Positions 61,643-64,000 of a stretch of DNA of 64,000 nucleotides are shown here, piece after piece. The position numbers and the translations under genes were made by a program. The notes below the pieces were generated by a model. It was not told where the DNA came from and did no database searches. It saw only the letters and a program-made list of their open reading frames with translations. The first letter of the stretch is position 1, and each line of letters starts with the position of its first letter. The stretch comes from Klebsormidium nitens (lineage: Eukaryota > Plantae > Klebsormidiophyceae), in assembly GCA_000708835.1 (NCBI GenBank), contig DF237313.1:28934-92933 (forward strand). Reading direction: 5' to 3'.

Positions 61643-62853
61643 GAAATTTCTTCGTCCTCTGTGTGCATGACGGTTGCCTCAAGCATGCAATTGTATCCAG
61701 TTAGGCTGCACAAGCTATAGTGCATGCATGTGGCCTCACCGTAGCTACGTATATGAAGCACAGTGTATGCACTCAATACATGATAATGATGCGGGCCCAG
61801 GTGACAATCACAAGTGTACAGCTTGATCATTCAGCTTAGTATATACATAGCTGGCGCCTGTAGCTCTGCTGTATGTTTCGTCGAATCTCTCACGCATGTA
61901 TATAAACGGTTTGCAGCTTTGCAATATATATGGTAGTATAGTAATCATTCAGTGCATGATATACGGAACGGACTTCGTGCAGAAGTTTGCAACCGACTTA
62001 GCCCGCCAGTTCGCGAAGGGCCCAAGTGGAAAGCCGATGCATATAGGTAGCTTGTTCCGGCAGGACGTACATTTGCATAAGATCCGGCCTCTAATAGGAA
62101 GACGTGTTGTTAGGTATTGCATATGCTGTTGCATGAGTTGCAGGACTTGGATGAATCTAGTCACATGGAACATGGCAATCGGTGCCAAACATTGTTAAGT
62201 TCTCCGGAGGCCGGCCCCATGCCTTGTGCAAGGGCATCATATAATACGAAGTATCCATATATATATGCCAGCAGGCATTGCATGTTTAAGTGGGATCAGT
62301 GATTTGCAGTCACTGGCCACAGGCCATGCAGTTGTTCTTCATAAGTAACAAGCAAGCTCGCGTGATGTGCACTACACAGTTGATCTGCGGAGAAATTGTT
62401 ATAAGCTGCACTTGAAACATGCCGTAGAATAGCAAACTACGAAATCATGATGCGAGACCACTTTGTATAGATAACATGTGATGCAGGATTGCGAGCTCGC
62501 TGGGTGACTCTGCTCGGCGAATCTTGTACTCTTCCGCAAAACAACGGTTGTCTAAGGCGACAGCAGGTCTCATGCTGATCAGATTGTGCGAATGACCGAC
62601 TGCTCATAATCCTAGCAACAGATGAAAATGACGCTCTGGTGCAAACTGCCACGGTACTTCTGTCAAGTCGAATCTGATCTGAAGAAACCATTCCTGTCCG
62701 TACTCCACAACTTTCGCCTCTTTCTTTGTCTTTGGAGAACTTAGGCGATGCATCTTTGAGCTTCAGGTCATGCAATCTGAAAGGGGAATCCGCACAAAGA
62801 TAAATGAATGATGCTGTGTTCAATTTACAATGTTGAATCCACAATTGGTCAAC

Positions 62854-63769
62854 TCATCTAAGGCTCTTCTCCACAGCTTCGTACCCGTCTCTTCTACCCA
62901 GCATCCCGCTCTCTTTCAAGTCCGCATAGTACCTGCATCAGGAGGCCGAAGGACAGCCGCTCTGTCAGTCTACACCCGAGAGGCAACCTGCCTATGCATA
63001 CCTCTTTGCACAATCCTGGACGGCGACGATATCCTTGGTTGCGTGCACCTCCATCCTAGTCGTTATGTTTCAACCAAGATAAGCTTTCAAGCTTGACTTA
63101 ACTTCACCCACAAACAGGATTCAATCGGCAAAGCAGTCAGGGCTCAGAATGAATATGAGGAGACTGAAAATGAAAGAAATGAAATAGTACACGATACTTA
63201 CAGTCAGATTGACAACAAAATGGGTTAGAAAGGGTGCTCGACGATTACTGTCGGATCGACAAAGCAATGGTACGCTATCAGCCAGTCGTGCCTACTCAAT
63301 GGGGAAAGCACAGAGTTCAAGGACCAAATCGAAGCCAGAAGGTCAGCACCAATCAAGCTAGTACAACAGGCTCACAGGCATGCACCTGTGCCATCATCAA
63401 AAGTATGTTGCTGCTGATCCACAAAGTCTTCAAAACATTGATATGCCGAACTGTTCTGCTTCGGGTCATTCACTTTAAAAAGATAAGCGGAGGAAATGAG
63501 CAGAGCTTGATTCTTAAAAAGGCAGCTCGTTACTGAGTGGGCGCTGTTTACACGTTATAAGATCCTGTACTTTGAATAACTTACTTTTGATGATGCGCTT
63601 CCGTTGTCCAGAATCCATAGGGCTTCACAGGCTGGGCCCATGTAGCTTTTAGCTTTTCACATCTATCTCTCATTTCGTACAGGTGCTGCCTTGACTTCTC
63701 ATCCCTTTCCTTTGGGTCTTCCATCCAGCGCCGTATCATGTGCTCCGAATACTCCAGGATGAATGCCAT
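62854..63769 (-). CDS. Small (87 aa) conserved green-plant protein of unknown function, two exons
   Basis: Exon 63585-63769 MAFILEYSEHMIRRWMEDPKERDEKSRQHLYEMRDRCEKLKATWAQPVKPYGFWTTEAHHQ, GTAAGT donor, CAG acceptor, exon 62854-62932 KYYADLKESGMLGRRDGYEAVEKSLR*. Resembles a small plant family I recall with MEDPxERD, RPYGFWT and GRRDPYD motifs; I cannot name it. Confidence 0.8.
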
Positions 63770-64000
63770 GGATGACGCTTGCGTGCACCCACCGGCAGCG
63801 GGCTCACAGAACGGATAATATTGCCCGCTGCTTGCGCCAATCAATACAAGCTTGGAGATCAGTACTTTAGACAGTCTGCAACAGCAAGAACTTGGAAAGA
63901 AGGCGTCACTTTCAGAAGACAGGCGTCTCTCTGGCTCTACACCTTCCCTTCTCAGCCTTCTGCTGAAATTTGAGTTCTGTTCAAACTTCAGTCTCGAACC

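Overview
Eukaryotic, intron-rich nuclear DNA with GC-rich exons and GT-AG introns. Gene content and the ADVS/HVA/GLT-type motif bias in the proteins suggest a streptophyte alga such as Klebsormidium (inference, not verified). Left to right: (1) the 3' part (21 phase-consistent exons) of a long coiled-coil POK-type kinesin-12 gene (+, to 15329); (2) an intron-poor island (about 15.4-28.9 kb) holding a GT90 glycosyltransferase gene (-), a frameshifted membrane-protein gene (+), a 675-nt assembly gap, and three copies of an unexplained element; (3) a ~20-kb UBR-box/RING N-recognin E3 ligase gene (-); (4) a complete second kinesin-12 gene with a PAKRP1/KIN12A/B-type tail (+), head-to-head with the ligase; (5) a small two-exon conserved plant protein gene (-). 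The best candidate for an undescribed system is the three-copy element. It has a GCCCACAA-N21-TATA promoter-like module in all three copies and, in the two resolved copies, a 158-nt multi-hairpin core that is 155/158 identical with all differences in loops. This fits a multi-copy snRNA-promoter-type non-coding RNA gene that matches none of the standard snRNAs I can recall. A second recurring theme is serial duplication of exon-intron junction segments inside both kinesin genes. All family comparisons are from memory; no database search was run.
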